Shown here piece by piece: positions 1-9,670 of a stretch of 64,000 bases of DNA. The position numbers were made by a program, and so were the translations under genes. Within the stretch, counting starts at the first letter, position 1, and each line of letters begins with the position of its first letter. Under the pieces are notes generated by a model. It did no database searches. It worked only from the letters and a program-made list of their open reading frames with translations, and was not told the origin of the DNA. Source of the stretch: an uncultured Acidobacteriota bacterium (GTDB lineage Bacteria; Acidobacteriota; Blastocatellia; Pyrinomonadales; Pyrinomonadaceae); the NCBI GenBank assembly GCA_963763355.1, contig CAVXOI010000004.1:123514-187513 (forward strand), written 5' to 3'.

Positions 1-1547
1 CACCTACCTGCACCTCGCCTTCGTCTATCATGTCGCCGGCCACGTCGATAAATTCGCCTACCTTGATAAACGCCGCTAAAGTTTCATTCGCTCGCACGAT
101 CGTGTCCTCAAGAAGCGGAAATGCCTTTTCGGGGTCCGCTTCGGCATAGCCGGACGCGAGCATCCATGTCAGCAAAAAGTCCTGATAATTCTTGGGCTGC
201 GGATTAACCAGTGCCTGGGCTTCCTTCATTATTTCTGCGGCAAGTTCCCTGTCGCCCGCTTTTGCGACCTGTGCGGCGAGAGAGCTCAAGCCCACGATCT
301 TTTTGTCGCGGCCGGGTGTCTGCAAAAGGATGCGGCGAGCCTGTGCCACGATCTTTTCGCGCTCTTCTTTGGGAAGCTCCTTGTTGCCGAGCTTTTCGAC
401 ATTTTCCTGGAGTTCCTTTTCACTTTTTTCGCGGTTCAAGCCGCTCGCGTTCGGCTCGGCTGTTAACGTTCGAGCCATTAGCGGCTGTGTCCGCATCGCC
501 CATCGAATTCACGGCACTTGCCATCGCGTTCGTAGCATAAGTACGGTCTCCAGACGCAGCCGCGTTCTTAAACTTTGCGCGGATCTGTCTGGCACGGGCC
601 GGGTGGTATTTTCCGATCTGGTCGGCATATTGGGCACCGGTCGGATAATCGCGGTCGCTGTCCAGGATCGCCGCGGCGAACGCGTCGGCAAGGTCGCGAA
701 GGCCCTGCTGGTCAAGCATGGGCTTTTTGCCGCCTTCGCCTTTAGACTTGTCGAACGACTCGCCGGCCGTATTCAGGAACGAACTCGTCACCCAAAAATC
801 GGAGGCGCTGTCGCTGTCCGATCTGATCTTGCTGACCATTGCCGAGGCGAACTCGGCCCCTTTTTCGGGGTCTTTTTCGTGGATCTTCTTGAGCAGCTCG
901 ACGTGATAAAAGCTAATGCCGTCCGAGATGGATTTGACCGCGTATTGTGTCGCCTTGGCAGCGTTCGTTGCCGCTATCTGGGTCATCAGCTGCGTTTCAA
1001 AATGCTTGTCTCGGCTTTCCATCTGGCTGCGGAACTCGGGGTTCGTTAACGCCGAGAGGCTTTCGAAATAGAACGAGAACGCCAGTTCGGCATCGTGCTC
1101 AGCCAAGCTCATCGCTATTTGCTGCCGCACCTGCATCGCCGCCTGGAACCGTCGCGTCAGGCGGCCCTTTTCCGTGACATCACCGAACATTCCGCCGCTG
1201 TGAACCGGCTCCTCGTCGTCTTTCGGCTCGCCGAAGGCATTCATTTGCTGGTCATATTGGATAAGCAGTTCCTTGAAGTTTCCGAACGCGAGCAGATAAA
1301 GCGAGCGTGCTTCTTTTTCATCGTGAAACCACATCAGCCCGGCGAGTTCGGCCGAAAAGCTGATACGATTCTCGAGCGTGCGAAGGTTGTTGACATCGAC
1401 CAAGGTCTCCCGCAGGAAGGTCACCGCCTCTTTTTTCAAAGCGGCTTTGTCCTCGGTCGGCTTTTTATCGGGAACGGCCTGTCCGAACAACGTTGACGCG
1501 GTTACGGCAAGGAGTGTGAGAGAGCTTAGTAATTTCTTTATTTTCAT
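1..1547 (-). CDS. secreted hypothetical protein (helical-repeat-like); one frame break, C-terminal part runs off the window
   Basis: ORF 420..1547 starts MKIKKLLSSLTLLAVTASTLFGQ (signal peptide). Its stop (420-422) directly follows an A6 run (424-429). The +1 frame (EKELQENVEKLGNKELPKEEREKIVAQARRILLQTPGRDKK...) stays open to base 1. Confidence 0.45.
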
Positions 1548-1646
1548 TCTGTCTCCGGGCGGTCAATCGAATATGATAGGTTCGATACGTCAAATAGTAA
1601 ATAGATAACGTTGGCCGCCCGTGTTTTTGCCAAGGGGCCTGACCCT

Positions 1647-2219
1647 ATGCTGCTGGTCATAGACAACTACGATTCCTTTACCTATAACCTCGTCCAATAC
1701 CTGGGCGAACTCGGCGCCGAAATGCAAATTTTCCGGAACGACGAGATAACGGTGGGCGAAATCGAAGCGCTTTCGCCGGAAAAGATACTTATTTCGCCCG
1801 GCCCCGGAACACCTGACGGTGCCGGTATCACGCTGCCCGTGATCGACCGGTTTGCGGGTCGCGTGCCGATCCTGGGTGTTTGTCTCGGCCACCAGGCGAT
1901 CGGGCAGCATTTCGGCGGCAAGGTCGTCCGCGGCCCCGAACCGGTACACGGAAAACCGGTCACGGTAAAACACGACGGGAAATCGCTGTTCGCGGGCATC
2001 GAAGGCGAATTCCAGGCCGGGCGATATCATTCGCTCGTCGTCGAACGCGATTCACTGCCAGATTCTCTCGAAATTTCCGCCGAATCTCCCGACGGCCTGA
2101 TAATGGGCCTGCGACATAAAGAATTACCGGTCGAAGGCGTCCAATTCCACCCCGAATCGATCCTCACCGAACACGGGAAGGTAATGCTGGCCAATTTTCT
2201 TGGCCTCTCCCAGGAATAA
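1647..2219 (+). CDS. trpG: glutamine amidotransferase component II of anthranilate/aminodeoxychorismate synthase
   Basis: [33 protein letters not shown] (catalytic Cys), [16 protein letters not shown]. Start taken at internal ATG 1647 of ORF 1611..2219. trpG and pabA cannot be told apart from sequence alone. Confidence 0.9.
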   Translation: MLLVIDNYDSFTYNLVQYLGELGAEMQIFRNDEITVGEIEALSPEKILISPGPGTPDGAGITLPVIDRFAGRVPILGVCLGHQAIGQHFGGKVVRGPEPVHGKPVTVKHDGKSLFAGIEGEFQAGRYHSLVVERDSLPDSLEISAESPDGLIMGLRHKELPVEGVQFHPESILTEHGKVMLANFLGLSQE

Positions 2220-2231
2220 TTAATAATCGGT

Positions 2232-2251
2232 TAATTAGTAATTACTAATTA
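2232..2251. repeat. perfect 20-nt AT-rich palindrome taattagtaattactaatta in the trpG-lpxK spacer
   Basis: Read directly: 10+10 nt self-complementary with no loop. Confidence 0.8.
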
Positions 2252-2272
2252 GTTTCAGTTACCCTCGTCCAT

Positions 2273-3371
2273 GTGAAAGTGCTGGCACCGGTTGGAATGC
2301 TATATGGCCTAATCATGGACTTGCGGAACTTACTATACGACCGCGGCATTTTCGGGTCGTATTCACTCGGTGCCCGGACGATCAGCATCGGTAATCTTAC
2401 GACCGGCGGAACCGGAAAGACGCCGCTTATTGCTTTCCTCGCAGAGATTCTTGCTGAAAAGGGCGAAAAGGTTTGCATTCTAATGCGAGGGTATGGACGC
2501 AAGAATTCGAATGAGCGGATACTCGTTTCCAACGGTGAAAAGGTTTTGGCCGATGCCGTAACGGGTGGCGACGAGCCGGTGGAGTTAGCTAATAAACTGC
2601 TCGGCAAAGCTGTCGTTGTCGCGGACGCGGACCGGGTCGGTGCTTCCCGATGGGCGAAGGAAAAATTCGGGGTAACGACTTTTCTTCTCGACGACGGGTT
2701 TCAACATCGACGCGTAAAACGTGATCTGGATATTGTGTGTGTTGACGCGATGCAGGGCATAAGCGGGATGCTTCCAGCCGGCCGTATGCGGGAACCGGCG
2801 GAGAACCTGAGGCGGGCCGATGCTGTCGTCATCACACGGGCCGATCTTGTTGAAAGTATCGAAGATCTGAGATCTCAGATCTCAAATTACGCTCCCGCGG
2901 CGTCTGTCTTCACCGCGGAAAATGCGGTCTCGGACATTGTGCCGCTCCACGAACACGAATCGAAAAAGGCCCCTAGGCCGGAAATTGGCCTTGATCGGGC
3001 GTGGGAGAAAATGCGTTGCGAAGGGCAATCCGACGATCCTGATAACGAGGTACGGGTCTTGGCCTTTTGCGCTGCTCGGAAATCCGGAGAACTTCTTTCT
3101 GCTTCTCGTTAGGAAATTTGATGAAGAGGCAATGGAAGAGTTCGATCTGTCGGCGACAAGAACCTTTCCGGACCACCATCGTTATACGCAAAAGGACATC
3201 GACGATATTCAAAAACAGGCCCGTGAGTGCAAGATCAATGCGTTCGTGACGACGGCGAAAGACGCGGTCAAGCTGCGGCACCTAAAGTTTGAAATTCCCT
3301 GCTACGTTGTCGAGATCGTGCCGCGTATCGATGATGAAAGAGGTTTTCGCGAAATGATCACTTCTTTTTAG
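2273..3371 (+). CDS. lpxK: tetraacyldisaccharide 4'-kinase (one frame break)
   Basis: P-loop GNLTTGGTGKTPLIAFLAEILAEKG, LLDDGFQHRR, C-terminus FPDHHRYTQKDI...TTAKDAVKL. ORFs 2273..3112 and 2922..3371 join near 3070-3090 (AFCA / LGNPENFF). Confidence 0.85.
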
Positions 3372-3486
3372 TCGGCGGGCCTTTCTTGTCTCCCCAGTAG
3401 TAAGCCCGCACGACGAGCACATACACGAGGATGCTCAGTCCGAGCAGCACAAAGAAAAAGACCACAAACCACGCGGTCGTAGACAT
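3358..3486 (-). CDS. possible 42-aa single-pass membrane peptide
   Basis: MSTTAWFVVFFFVLLGLSILVYVLVVRAYYWGDKKGPPTKKK. Its ATG overlaps the TAA of the upstream transporter gene (TAATG at 3484-3488). It is not in the supplied ORF track because it is under 60 aa. Confidence 0.35.
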   Translation of the reverse strand: MSTTAWFVVFFFVLLGLSILVYVLVVRAYYWGDKKGPPTKKK

Positions 3487-4709
3487 TAGACTTCGGCCTC
3501 CTTGTTTTCCTGAGCGGCAGACTCGATGATGTCTGCGACCAGGCCTTTGCTGCCTTTATATTCGACCACATGGCGATAGATCACGACCGCTATAGCAACG
3601 ATCGGTATCGCGAGGAAAACGCCCGGAATGCCAGCCACCTGTTCGCCCGCCAGGACCGAAAGGATTATCAGGACGGGGTGAAGATTTATGCCGCCCTGCA
3701 CGATCCGGGGGTATGTGATGTAGTCATGAAAAATGCGTAAGATAACGAGAAATATAAAGACATAAAGACCTTTCCACGGATTGTCCGAAAGCAACGCCAC
3801 GCTGGTGACAAAGATCCCGACCGCCGCCGGCCCGAGCAGCGGCACAAATTCCAGGATCCCGGCCAAAATTCCAAGCAGCAGGGCGTATTTCAGTCCGATC
3901 AGGTAAAAACCGATGGTGCAGATCGTACCGATGATAACGCACGAGATGATCTGCGCCCGCGTGTAAGCGGCGAGCGTGGAATTTACCTCCTGCATGACGG
4001 CGTCGGCACGTATCCGCCACGGGCCAGAGGGGAAAACGCGCAGTACCGCAAGCCGGATAAGCTCGACGTCCTTAAGGAAAAAGAATGCAAGGATCGGGAC
4101 AAGCACGAACCACGGCAGATAGGCCGCAAATCCCAGCAGAAAGGTGCCGAACGCCGCGGTGATGGCCGTGCCGAACGCTGAAGCCTGTTCGTTTATCCGG
4201 TTCTGAAAATCCTCTGGGACCCTCATCCTATCGAACCGGCGGTTGAGATCGTTGAAGCTCTGCCTTATCCCTGAGGCGTAGTTCGGCAAATTTGCGCCAA
4301 ACTCTTTTCCTTGTTCCGAGACAAGCGGTGCAACGCTCCAGATTCCCCCGCCCAAAACCGTAAAGACCGCGAGATACGCGATTATGATCGCCACCGAGCG
4401 GGGCATAAACCGTTCGGCGTTCCGAGCTTTAAATGGACTACGGAGAAGTTTTATCAGCGGATCGATCAGGTACGCGAAAAAGACCGATAGAACTATCAGG
4501 AAAAAAAGATATGTGAGCGACGCGATGATGCTCGCAAGGAACCCGCCGACGAACAAGAGGAGCAGCGTTATCGCGACGACGCGGACGATAGTACCCACCG
4601 AGATCGCCGAGCGGTCGAGTGTAACAATTACCGGCCTTTCAATTTCTTCCGAAACCGCTGGACGCGGCCGGTTGGCATGGGTCTTATGAATGTCCTCGAT
4701 CTCGTTCAT
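3486..4709 (-). CDS. AI-2E family (PerM/UPF0118-like) transporter
   Basis: 407-aa polytopic membrane ORF with the usual 7-8 TM layout of this family and a hydrophilic loop (RQSFNDLNRRFDRMRVPEDFQNR). Family call from overall pattern. Confidence 0.6.
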   Translation of the reverse strand: MNEIEDIHKTHANRPRPAVSEEIERPVIVTLDRSAISVGTIVRVVAITLLLLFVGGFLASIIASLTYLFFLIVLSVFFAYLIDPLIKLLRSPFKARNAERFMPRSVAIIIAYLAVFTVLGGGIWSVAPLVSEQGKEFGANLPNYASGIRQSFNDLNRRFDRMRVPEDFQNRINEQASAFGTAITAAFGTFLLGFAAYLPWFVLVPILAFFFLKDVELIRLAVLRVFPSGPWRIRADAVMQEVNSTLAAYTRAQIISCVIIGTICTIGFYLIGLKYALLLGILAGILEFVPLLGPAAVGIFVTSVALLSDNPWKGLYVFIFLVILRIFHDYITYPRIVQGGINLHPVLIILSVLAGEQVAGIPGVFLAIPIVAIAVVIYRHVVEYKGSKGLVADIIESAAQENKEAEV

Positions 4710-5149
4710 TTTTTTCGCTCGCCGTGTGCTGCGTTCCCGTTGGCCGGCGTCTCTATCTCAAGCGGGCCGGCTTCTGGTTTCGAATGGTCTTCCATAACGA
4801 ACCGGTTGGTAAGATTGCCGATGGTTCCCGGCATAAATGGGAAATTCGAGCCGATGATGACAGCCTTGCCGTCGTCGGAGAGTTTGCGGCGATTCACATC
4901 GGGCGGCGTATTCGCGTTTATCCACGCTTTGTCCTCGGCGTCCAACACGCCGCTGTCCTTGCGTCGAAATACAAGGACAAACTTGAAATCGGCCGTCCGC
5001 ATCGCTTCAAGATCGACCTCAAAGCCGGTCGGAACGGTCGACGACGCGACAGGCGCCGGCGTCTCGGCCGCCGAATTGATTATCCGCTGATTAGGCGTAC
5101 AGGCCATTACGGCCGCTGCGATAAAAATGAAAAATGTGGCGTATCTCAT
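4706..5149 (-). CDS. hypothetical lipoprotein
   Basis: MRYATFFIFIAAAVMACTPNQ has a lipobox-like AVMAC. Its stop overlaps the start of the downstream transporter gene (4706-4709). Confidence 0.5.
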   Translation of the reverse strand: MRYATFFIFIAAAVMACTPNQRIINSAAETPAPVASSTVPTGFEVDLEAMRTADFKFVLVFRRKDSGVLDAEDKAWINANTPPDVNRRKLSDDGKAVIIGSNFPFMPGTIGNLTNRFVMEDHSKPEAGPLEIETPANGNAAHGERKK

Positions 5150-5158
5150 TCGAGCCTA

Positions 5159-6994
5159 TCACGGCACTTCATTCTCTTCCACGTTCGCATTACCTAGGTT
5201 CCCGGCCTTTTCTTCCTCGTCGAGTATCCGTTTCTCCTCAGGAGTTTCCGGCGCTTGTTCGAGCGAGGCCGGGTCACCTTTCTGATCACGTATCTTCAAA
5301 ATTCGGGCTTCGCTGTCCTCATAGACCAAATCAACCCAGCCGCTTTCGAGCGCCTTTGCGATCATTTCCTCATTCTCGCCGGCGTCGGCAAAAATGTAAT
5401 CCGCCCCATATTTTTCACGAATTATCGGCCCGGCGTCCTCTGTCTTGCCGGCGGTTATGTCGAGAAGCAGCTTGTAAAGATCGGGGTTCTGCGAATAAAG
5501 ATAATTTGGGTCCAGGCCGTAGACGTAGCTGTGCTTGGTGTTAAAAAAGAACAGCTTTGGAAAGTCGTCCCAGTTGCAGTTGAATATCCGTGCTCCGGCC
5601 GGGATATTCTCTTTCCCGTTCTCATTAACGCCAGTCGCCCAGGCCATCGACCGCCGGTATTTGTCGTTCGCTTCGTTCTCAGCAAGCGTTTTCATCAAAC
5701 CGGGCTGATCTATATTGAGCCATCCCAGCCCAACCGTGTTGATGTAAAAGTAAGCGACCAGAATGATCCCAAGCACCCAAACGACGGCCGTCTTGCCGGC
5801 TTGCCACCATTCCTGACGCTGCGTAGGTTTCTCAGCATCAAGGTACGGCCCGATATCGCGTTTGAAATGTTCGGGAAGCTGGACCAGGTGCGGAACAAGG
5901 AACGCCTGCCAGCTGAACGCCGCGAAGAGAACGGCGAACGGCGGAAAATATTCGGCGTACCGCTTTGAGCTGAACTGTCCCATTAGCAGCATCGTGGCGA
6001 AAACCAGAAAGAAAGTGGCCTTTTCGGGCAATTTGCCGCCACGCGGTGCAAACAGGACGTACCCCAAAAGCATCGCCCCCATCGCAACCGGAAAATGGGT
6101 CATCAATTCCAGGCCCGAATATGGATACCATTCACCGCCCACCGAAACAGCGAAATTCCCCGCAACGGCTAGCTTTGTCTTGAAATGCTCATAGAAGAGG
6201 ATCAGGTTATTGGGAAAATAGGGATTAATTATATTCCCCATTATCATTCCGCCAAATGTGTAGGCGACGGGCTGCCACTCAAGCTTTCGTTCGTTCCAGC
6301 CGATGATGGCGGCCCATATTATGGCGGCAATGAACAACAGCGGGAACAGGCTATAGGTCCAGACAAACGCGAACATCAGCGGCAGCAGCCATTCGTATTT
6401 CCGCTCGAACAGCAGGTAGATGCCGGCGATGGTGATAATGATCGTCAGCGGCGGCGCCTTTGCCATGTTCATTCGGTAGTAGAACATGTTGGCACAGGTA
6501 AAGATCGCCGCGAGCCAGATCAACGGGTATTTGATCTTGTAGCGATGGATCAGCCAATAGACCGAAAAAATAGCGAACGTCGAAAAAACGACCGCGGCCA
6601 CTTTGGCTGCTGTTACGGGTTCAAAGAACCACAGGAACGGTATCTGCAGCAGATGGAACAGGAAATGGTGATCGTTGTAATGCTCGGGGTTCAAGACCGT
6701 CAAGGGCAGCCATTCGAACGTCGGCAGCCATTTCCCTTGCGAGAAATTTTCCCACAAAAGGCTGCTCCATTTAATGTGGTAATAGCCGTCCCAGTCGCCG
6801 CAGCAAATGGCCGCCGTGCGAAACTGCAAAATGCCCATCACCATCGCAATGGCAACGAACGCGAACACGAGGTAAACAAAACGCGTCGCGTCCTCAGACT
6901 CGAGATAATCACGCCAGGTCGACTTAGCTTTTGCTGGCGGAAAGGTCGTTTGTGCCGGCCGGCCGGCCGGCTTGGGATCATGAACTTCGTCCAT
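5159..6994 (-). CDS. large polytopic membrane protein with a soluble C-terminal domain (possibly GT-C-like glycosyltransferase)
   Basis: Intact 611-aa ORF with more than 10 hydrophobic segments, then a hydrophilic tail (NCNWDDFPKLFFFNTKHSYVYGLDPNYLY...). The functional call is weak. Confidence 0.4.
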   Translation of the reverse strand: MDEVHDPKPAGRPAQTTFPPAKAKSTWRDYLESEDATRFVYLVFAFVAIAMVMGILQFRTAAICCGDWDGYYHIKWSSLLWENFSQGKWLPTFEWLPLTVLNPEHYNDHHFLFHLLQIPFLWFFEPVTAAKVAAVVFSTFAIFSVYWLIHRYKIKYPLIWLAAIFTCANMFYYRMNMAKAPPLTIIITIAGIYLLFERKYEWLLPLMFAFVWTYSLFPLLFIAAIIWAAIIGWNERKLEWQPVAYTFGGMIMGNIINPYFPNNLILFYEHFKTKLAVAGNFAVSVGGEWYPYSGLELMTHFPVAMGAMLLGYVLFAPRGGKLPEKATFFLVFATMLLMGQFSSKRYAEYFPPFAVLFAAFSWQAFLVPHLVQLPEHFKRDIGPYLDAEKPTQRQEWWQAGKTAVVWVLGIILVAYFYINTVGLGWLNIDQPGLMKTLAENEANDKYRRSMAWATGVNENGKENIPAGARIFNCNWDDFPKLFFFNTKHSYVYGLDPNYLYSQNPDLYKLLLDITAGKTEDAGPIIREKYGADYIFADAGENEEMIAKALESGWVDLVYEDSEARILKIRDQKGDPASLEQAPETPEEKRILDEEEKAGNLGNANVEENEVP

Positions 6995-7084
6995 TTAATG
7001 CTTTCTTTACGAATATTTGAAGCGGTCTCGTCAACTTGAAAAAGTATCATAAAGGAGTTTCGTTTTTCTAATCAGCGATCAACC

Positions 7085-7164
7085 GATGCGGAAGCCCGCG
7101 CGTCAGCCAGGCGGATATGCTGATGTTGAGTGTTACGCCCTTGCTAACGCGCGGGCTTCCGCAT
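7085..7164. repeat. palindromic element, family REP-2
   Basis: Arms atgcggaagcccgcgcgtcagcc (7086-7108) and ttgctaacgcgcgggcttccgcat (7141-7164) are inverted complements. A related copy lies at 62172-62259. Confidence 0.75.
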
Positions 7165-7212
7165 TGGCGTTTGCTTATCTGAAACGCAGTACCTAAAATC
7201 GAAGTTTCGTTT

Positions 7213-7863
7213 ATGTATCCGAAAGGCAACCTGATGATCCCGGCTTCCCACGGGCAGCTTGAAGGAATACTGAAAGAGCCTGCGGGCGGGCGGCGCGGCG
7301 TCGCGCTTGTTTGCCACCCGCACCCGCTGGGCGGCGGGACAATGCACAATAAGGTGGTATTTCGGGCGGCGGCGGGCCTGGTCGACGCCGGGCTTGTTAC
7401 GCTGCGATTCAACTTTCGCGGAGTAGGAGCCTCGACCGGCGAGCACAACGAGATCGAAGGGGGGATCGAGGATGTTCGAGACGCGTTGGAATACATGGCT
7501 GCGAAATATCCGGACGAGGACCTGACTTTAGCAGGTTTTTCCTTCGGTTCGCGGACAGGACTGGCCGTGGGCAAGGATGACGACCGTGTAAAACGGCTAA
7601 TTAGTATCGGCACGCCGGTGGACAAATACCATGATTACGATTTTCTCGACGGCCTGAAAAAATCGATACTCTTCGTTCACGGCGACAGTGATGAATTCGG
7701 TTCGGTGGATAATTTGAAAAAGCTGGTCGATGAAGTTTCAAAGACAGCGGAAACCGAGCTGATCGTGCTTGAAAACTGCGGACATTTTTTTGATGAGCAT
7801 TTGAACCAGCTTCGGGATGCGGTGAAAAATTGGACCGTGATGCAACTCCGGAATAATGAATAA
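7213..7863 (+). CDS. alpha/beta hydrolase family protein
   Basis: VALVCHPHPLGGGTMHNKV, then the nucleophile elbow LAGFSFGS, then FVHGDSDEF and CGHFF. Confidence 0.7.
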   Translation: MYPKGNLMIPASHGQLEGILKEPAGGRRGVALVCHPHPLGGGTMHNKVVFRAAAGLVDAGLVTLRFNFRGVGASTGEHNEIEGGIEDVRDALEYMAAKYPDEDLTLAGFSFGSRTGLAVGKDDDRVKRLISIGTPVDKYHDYDFLDGLKKSILFVHGDSDEFGSVDNLKKLVDEVSKTAETELIVLENCGHFFDEHLNQLRDAVKNWTVMQLRNNE

Positions 7864-7923
7864 CGAATAGTGGAAAGTGAATAATGATGAAGACATTATT
7901 CATTCTTCAATATTCACTATTCA
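7864..7923. repeat. 3' hairpin with stuttered gaata-word arms
   Basis: gaatagtg...gaataatg (7865-7886) pairs with cattattc...cactattc (7895-7923). It starts right after the TAA at 7861-7863. Confidence 0.55.
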
Positions 7924-7941
7924 TTATTCCGAACAAAAAAT

Positions 7942-8331
7942 ATGGAAAAGCGGCCAAATGACAATCGCGATGCGGCAATTCGATTGACAATGATGCCTCG
8001 GGATACCAATGCTCATGGGACCGTCTTCGGCGGGATCATCTTGAGCTATATCGACGTCGCGGGTGGCGTCGAGGCGGTGAGGCATACAAAACACGAGCGT
8101 TTTGTGACGGTGGCCATGAACGAGGTCATCTTTCACGAGCCTGTGTTTATCGGTGATCTTGTAAGCTTTTACGCTCAAACTACGCGGGTCGGCAATACAT
8201 CGATCACGATCCACGTGGATGTCGAGGCCGAGCGGTTTGGAAATCACGGCCAGGTGGTCAAGGTCACGTCCGCGGATCTTACATTTGTCGCGATAAACGA
8301 AAAGCGGGAAAAGGTAAAGATCGGAAAGTAG
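7942..8331 (+). CDS. acyl-CoA thioesterase (hotdog fold, YciA-like)
   Basis: MMPRDTNAHGTVFGGIILSYIDVAGG and the overall 129-aa length. Confidence 0.75.
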   Translation: MEKRPNDNRDAAIRLTMMPRDTNAHGTVFGGIILSYIDVAGGVEAVRHTKHERFVTVAMNEVIFHEPVFIGDLVSFYAQTTRVGNTSITIHVDVEAERFGNHGQVVKVTSADLTFVAINEKREKVKIGK

Positions 8332-8394
8332 CCACGAATAACACAAATAACACGAAGGGTTTCTAGCGTTCGTGCAATTTGTGTAATTCGTGGC
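8331..8394. repeat. 26-bp-stem hairpin (23/26 paired) directly after the thioesterase stop
   Basis: gccacgaataacacaaataacacgaa / loop gggtttctagcg / ttcgtgcaatttgtgtaattcgtggc. Confidence 0.8.
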
Positions 8395-8402
8395 TGATCA
8401 TT

Positions 8403-9191
8403 ATGCCAACTTGGAAACTTGAACTCGAATACGAAGGCACGCGTTATCGCGGCTGGCAAATGCAGCATAACGCACGGACCATCCAGGGCGAGATGCAGGA
8501 CGCGGCGAGGAAATTGTTTGCCGGGAAATTCGAGCTCTACGGCTCGGGCCGGACAGATGCCGGCGTGCACGCGGTCGGTCAGATCGCACATTTGAAGGTG
8601 GACGAATTGCGTGTGAATATCACGCCCAGGCAGATCCAGTTCGGCTTCAACGATGTTCTTCCGCACGACATCAACATCCTGAAAGTTTCGAACGCTCCAG
8701 ATAACTTTCACGCCCGTCACGACGCCGTCTCACGCTATTACCTGTATCAAATTTCCCGCCGCCGAACGGCAATGGCGAAGAATTTCGTTTGGTGGATAAA
8801 GGACGAACTGGACGCGGCCGCGATGGCCGAAGCGGCGAAGATGCTGGTGGGCAAACACGATTTCGCATCATTCGCCGAGGTGGAAGAAGGCAAGAAACAG
8901 TCGACAAAGGTCGAGGTAGTGCACGCGGACGTTTTTACGGACGGCGATCTCATTTGCTTTCGTATCGGAGCGTCGCATTATTTGTGGAAAATGGTGAGAC
9001 GGATCGTCGGGATGCTCGCCGAAGTAGGCCGCGGGAACCTAACTTTCGATGCATTCGAGCGGCTGCTGAAGTTTCATTCCGACTCTCCGGCGAAATTTAC
9101 CGCTCCGCCGTCCGGGCTTTTTCTTGAAACCGTTTTGTACAAAGGTGATGCCGTACGGCATGAGAAAAAGGCAACTGTTCCAGTCAAATGA
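8403..9191 (+). CDS. truA: tRNA pseudouridine(38-40) synthase
   Basis: KLELEYEGTRYRGWQMQ and GSGRTDAGVHAVGQIAHL (catalytic Asp). Start at internal ATG 8403. Confidence 0.9.
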   Translation: MPTWKLELEYEGTRYRGWQMQHNARTIQGEMQDAARKLFAGKFELYGSGRTDAGVHAVGQIAHLKVDELRVNITPRQIQFGFNDVLPHDINILKVSNAPDNFHARHDAVSRYYLYQISRRRTAMAKNFVWWIKDELDAAAMAEAAKMLVGKHDFASFAEVEEGKKQSTKVEVVHADVFTDGDLICFRIGASHYLWKMVRRIVGMLAEVGRGNLTFDAFERLLKFHSDSPAKFTAPPSGLFLETVLYKGDAVRHEKKATVPVK

Positions 9192-9215
9192 CCCGCTTGC
9201 GTTCGACGGTCAGTT

Positions 9216-9617
9216 GTGACAAATTCAAATGATCCAGAATTACCATTTTCGACCTCGGGAGAATTCATATTAATGCCCAGAATAACTGCTGAAACGGCAA
9301 CAGGTACCCAGCCGTTTGACTGTGAGAGTGGCCGTAAACTTGTACTTTGCATTGAAGACAGCGGTATCGACATCCTGCACCGCTGCGGTGGGAACGCGCG
9401 TTGTACGACCTGCCGGATCGAGGTCCTTCACGGTGATCCGGGACCGATCCGCGAAGCGGAAAAGGCTGTCATGGCAACGAAACCCGACATGACCGACCAC
9501 ATGCGCCTTTCCTGCCAGGTCCGCGTCATCGACGACCTTCACATTCGCGTTATCAACCAATCAAGCGTTGCTGGTATGGATCCGGGCCCGAGGCCGGCGG
9601 ACGAAGACACACCCTAA
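9216..9617 (+). CDS. 2Fe-2S ferredoxin-like protein
   Basis: Cys pattern CGGNARCTTCRIEV ... LSCQV. The start may be the internal ATG 9273. Confidence 0.6.
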   Translation: MTNSNDPELPFSTSGEFILMPRITAETATGTQPFDCESGRKLVLCIEDSGIDILHRCGGNARCTTCRIEVLHGDPGPIREAEKAVMATKPDMTDHMRLSCQVRVIDDLHIRVINQSSVAGMDPGPRPADEDTP

Positions 9618-9670
9618 AACGGCAGATGGTATAATTACGGCACGGCCATTTTAATAAAGGAGAAACGACA

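Noticed and set aside
420-435. Programmed ribosomal frameshifting at the A6 run and at other frame breaks
   Set aside because: Frame breaks occur in at least 28 unrelated genes, at sites with no common slippery heptamer or downstream structure. Assembly or sequencing indels are the parsimonious explanation.
192-1049. Long plus-strand ORF (285 aa), with similar long antisense ORFs at 6185..7039, 16085..16732, 25760..26818, 29647..30516, 41071..41841 and 58732..59991
   Set aside because: Each lies opposite a gene with clear family motifs. Their translations are Arg/Ala/Gly/Pro-rich low-complexity sequence typical of shadow ORFs in GC-rich DNA. 58732..59991 even runs through two genes, a REPIN and a hairpin.
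8331-8394. Imperfect palindromes right after gene ends as integron attC sites (gene cassettes)
   Set aside because: There are no RYYYAAC/GTTRRRY core sites at the arm ends and no integrase or attI. The flanking genes are core housekeeping genes in both orientations with their own operon context.
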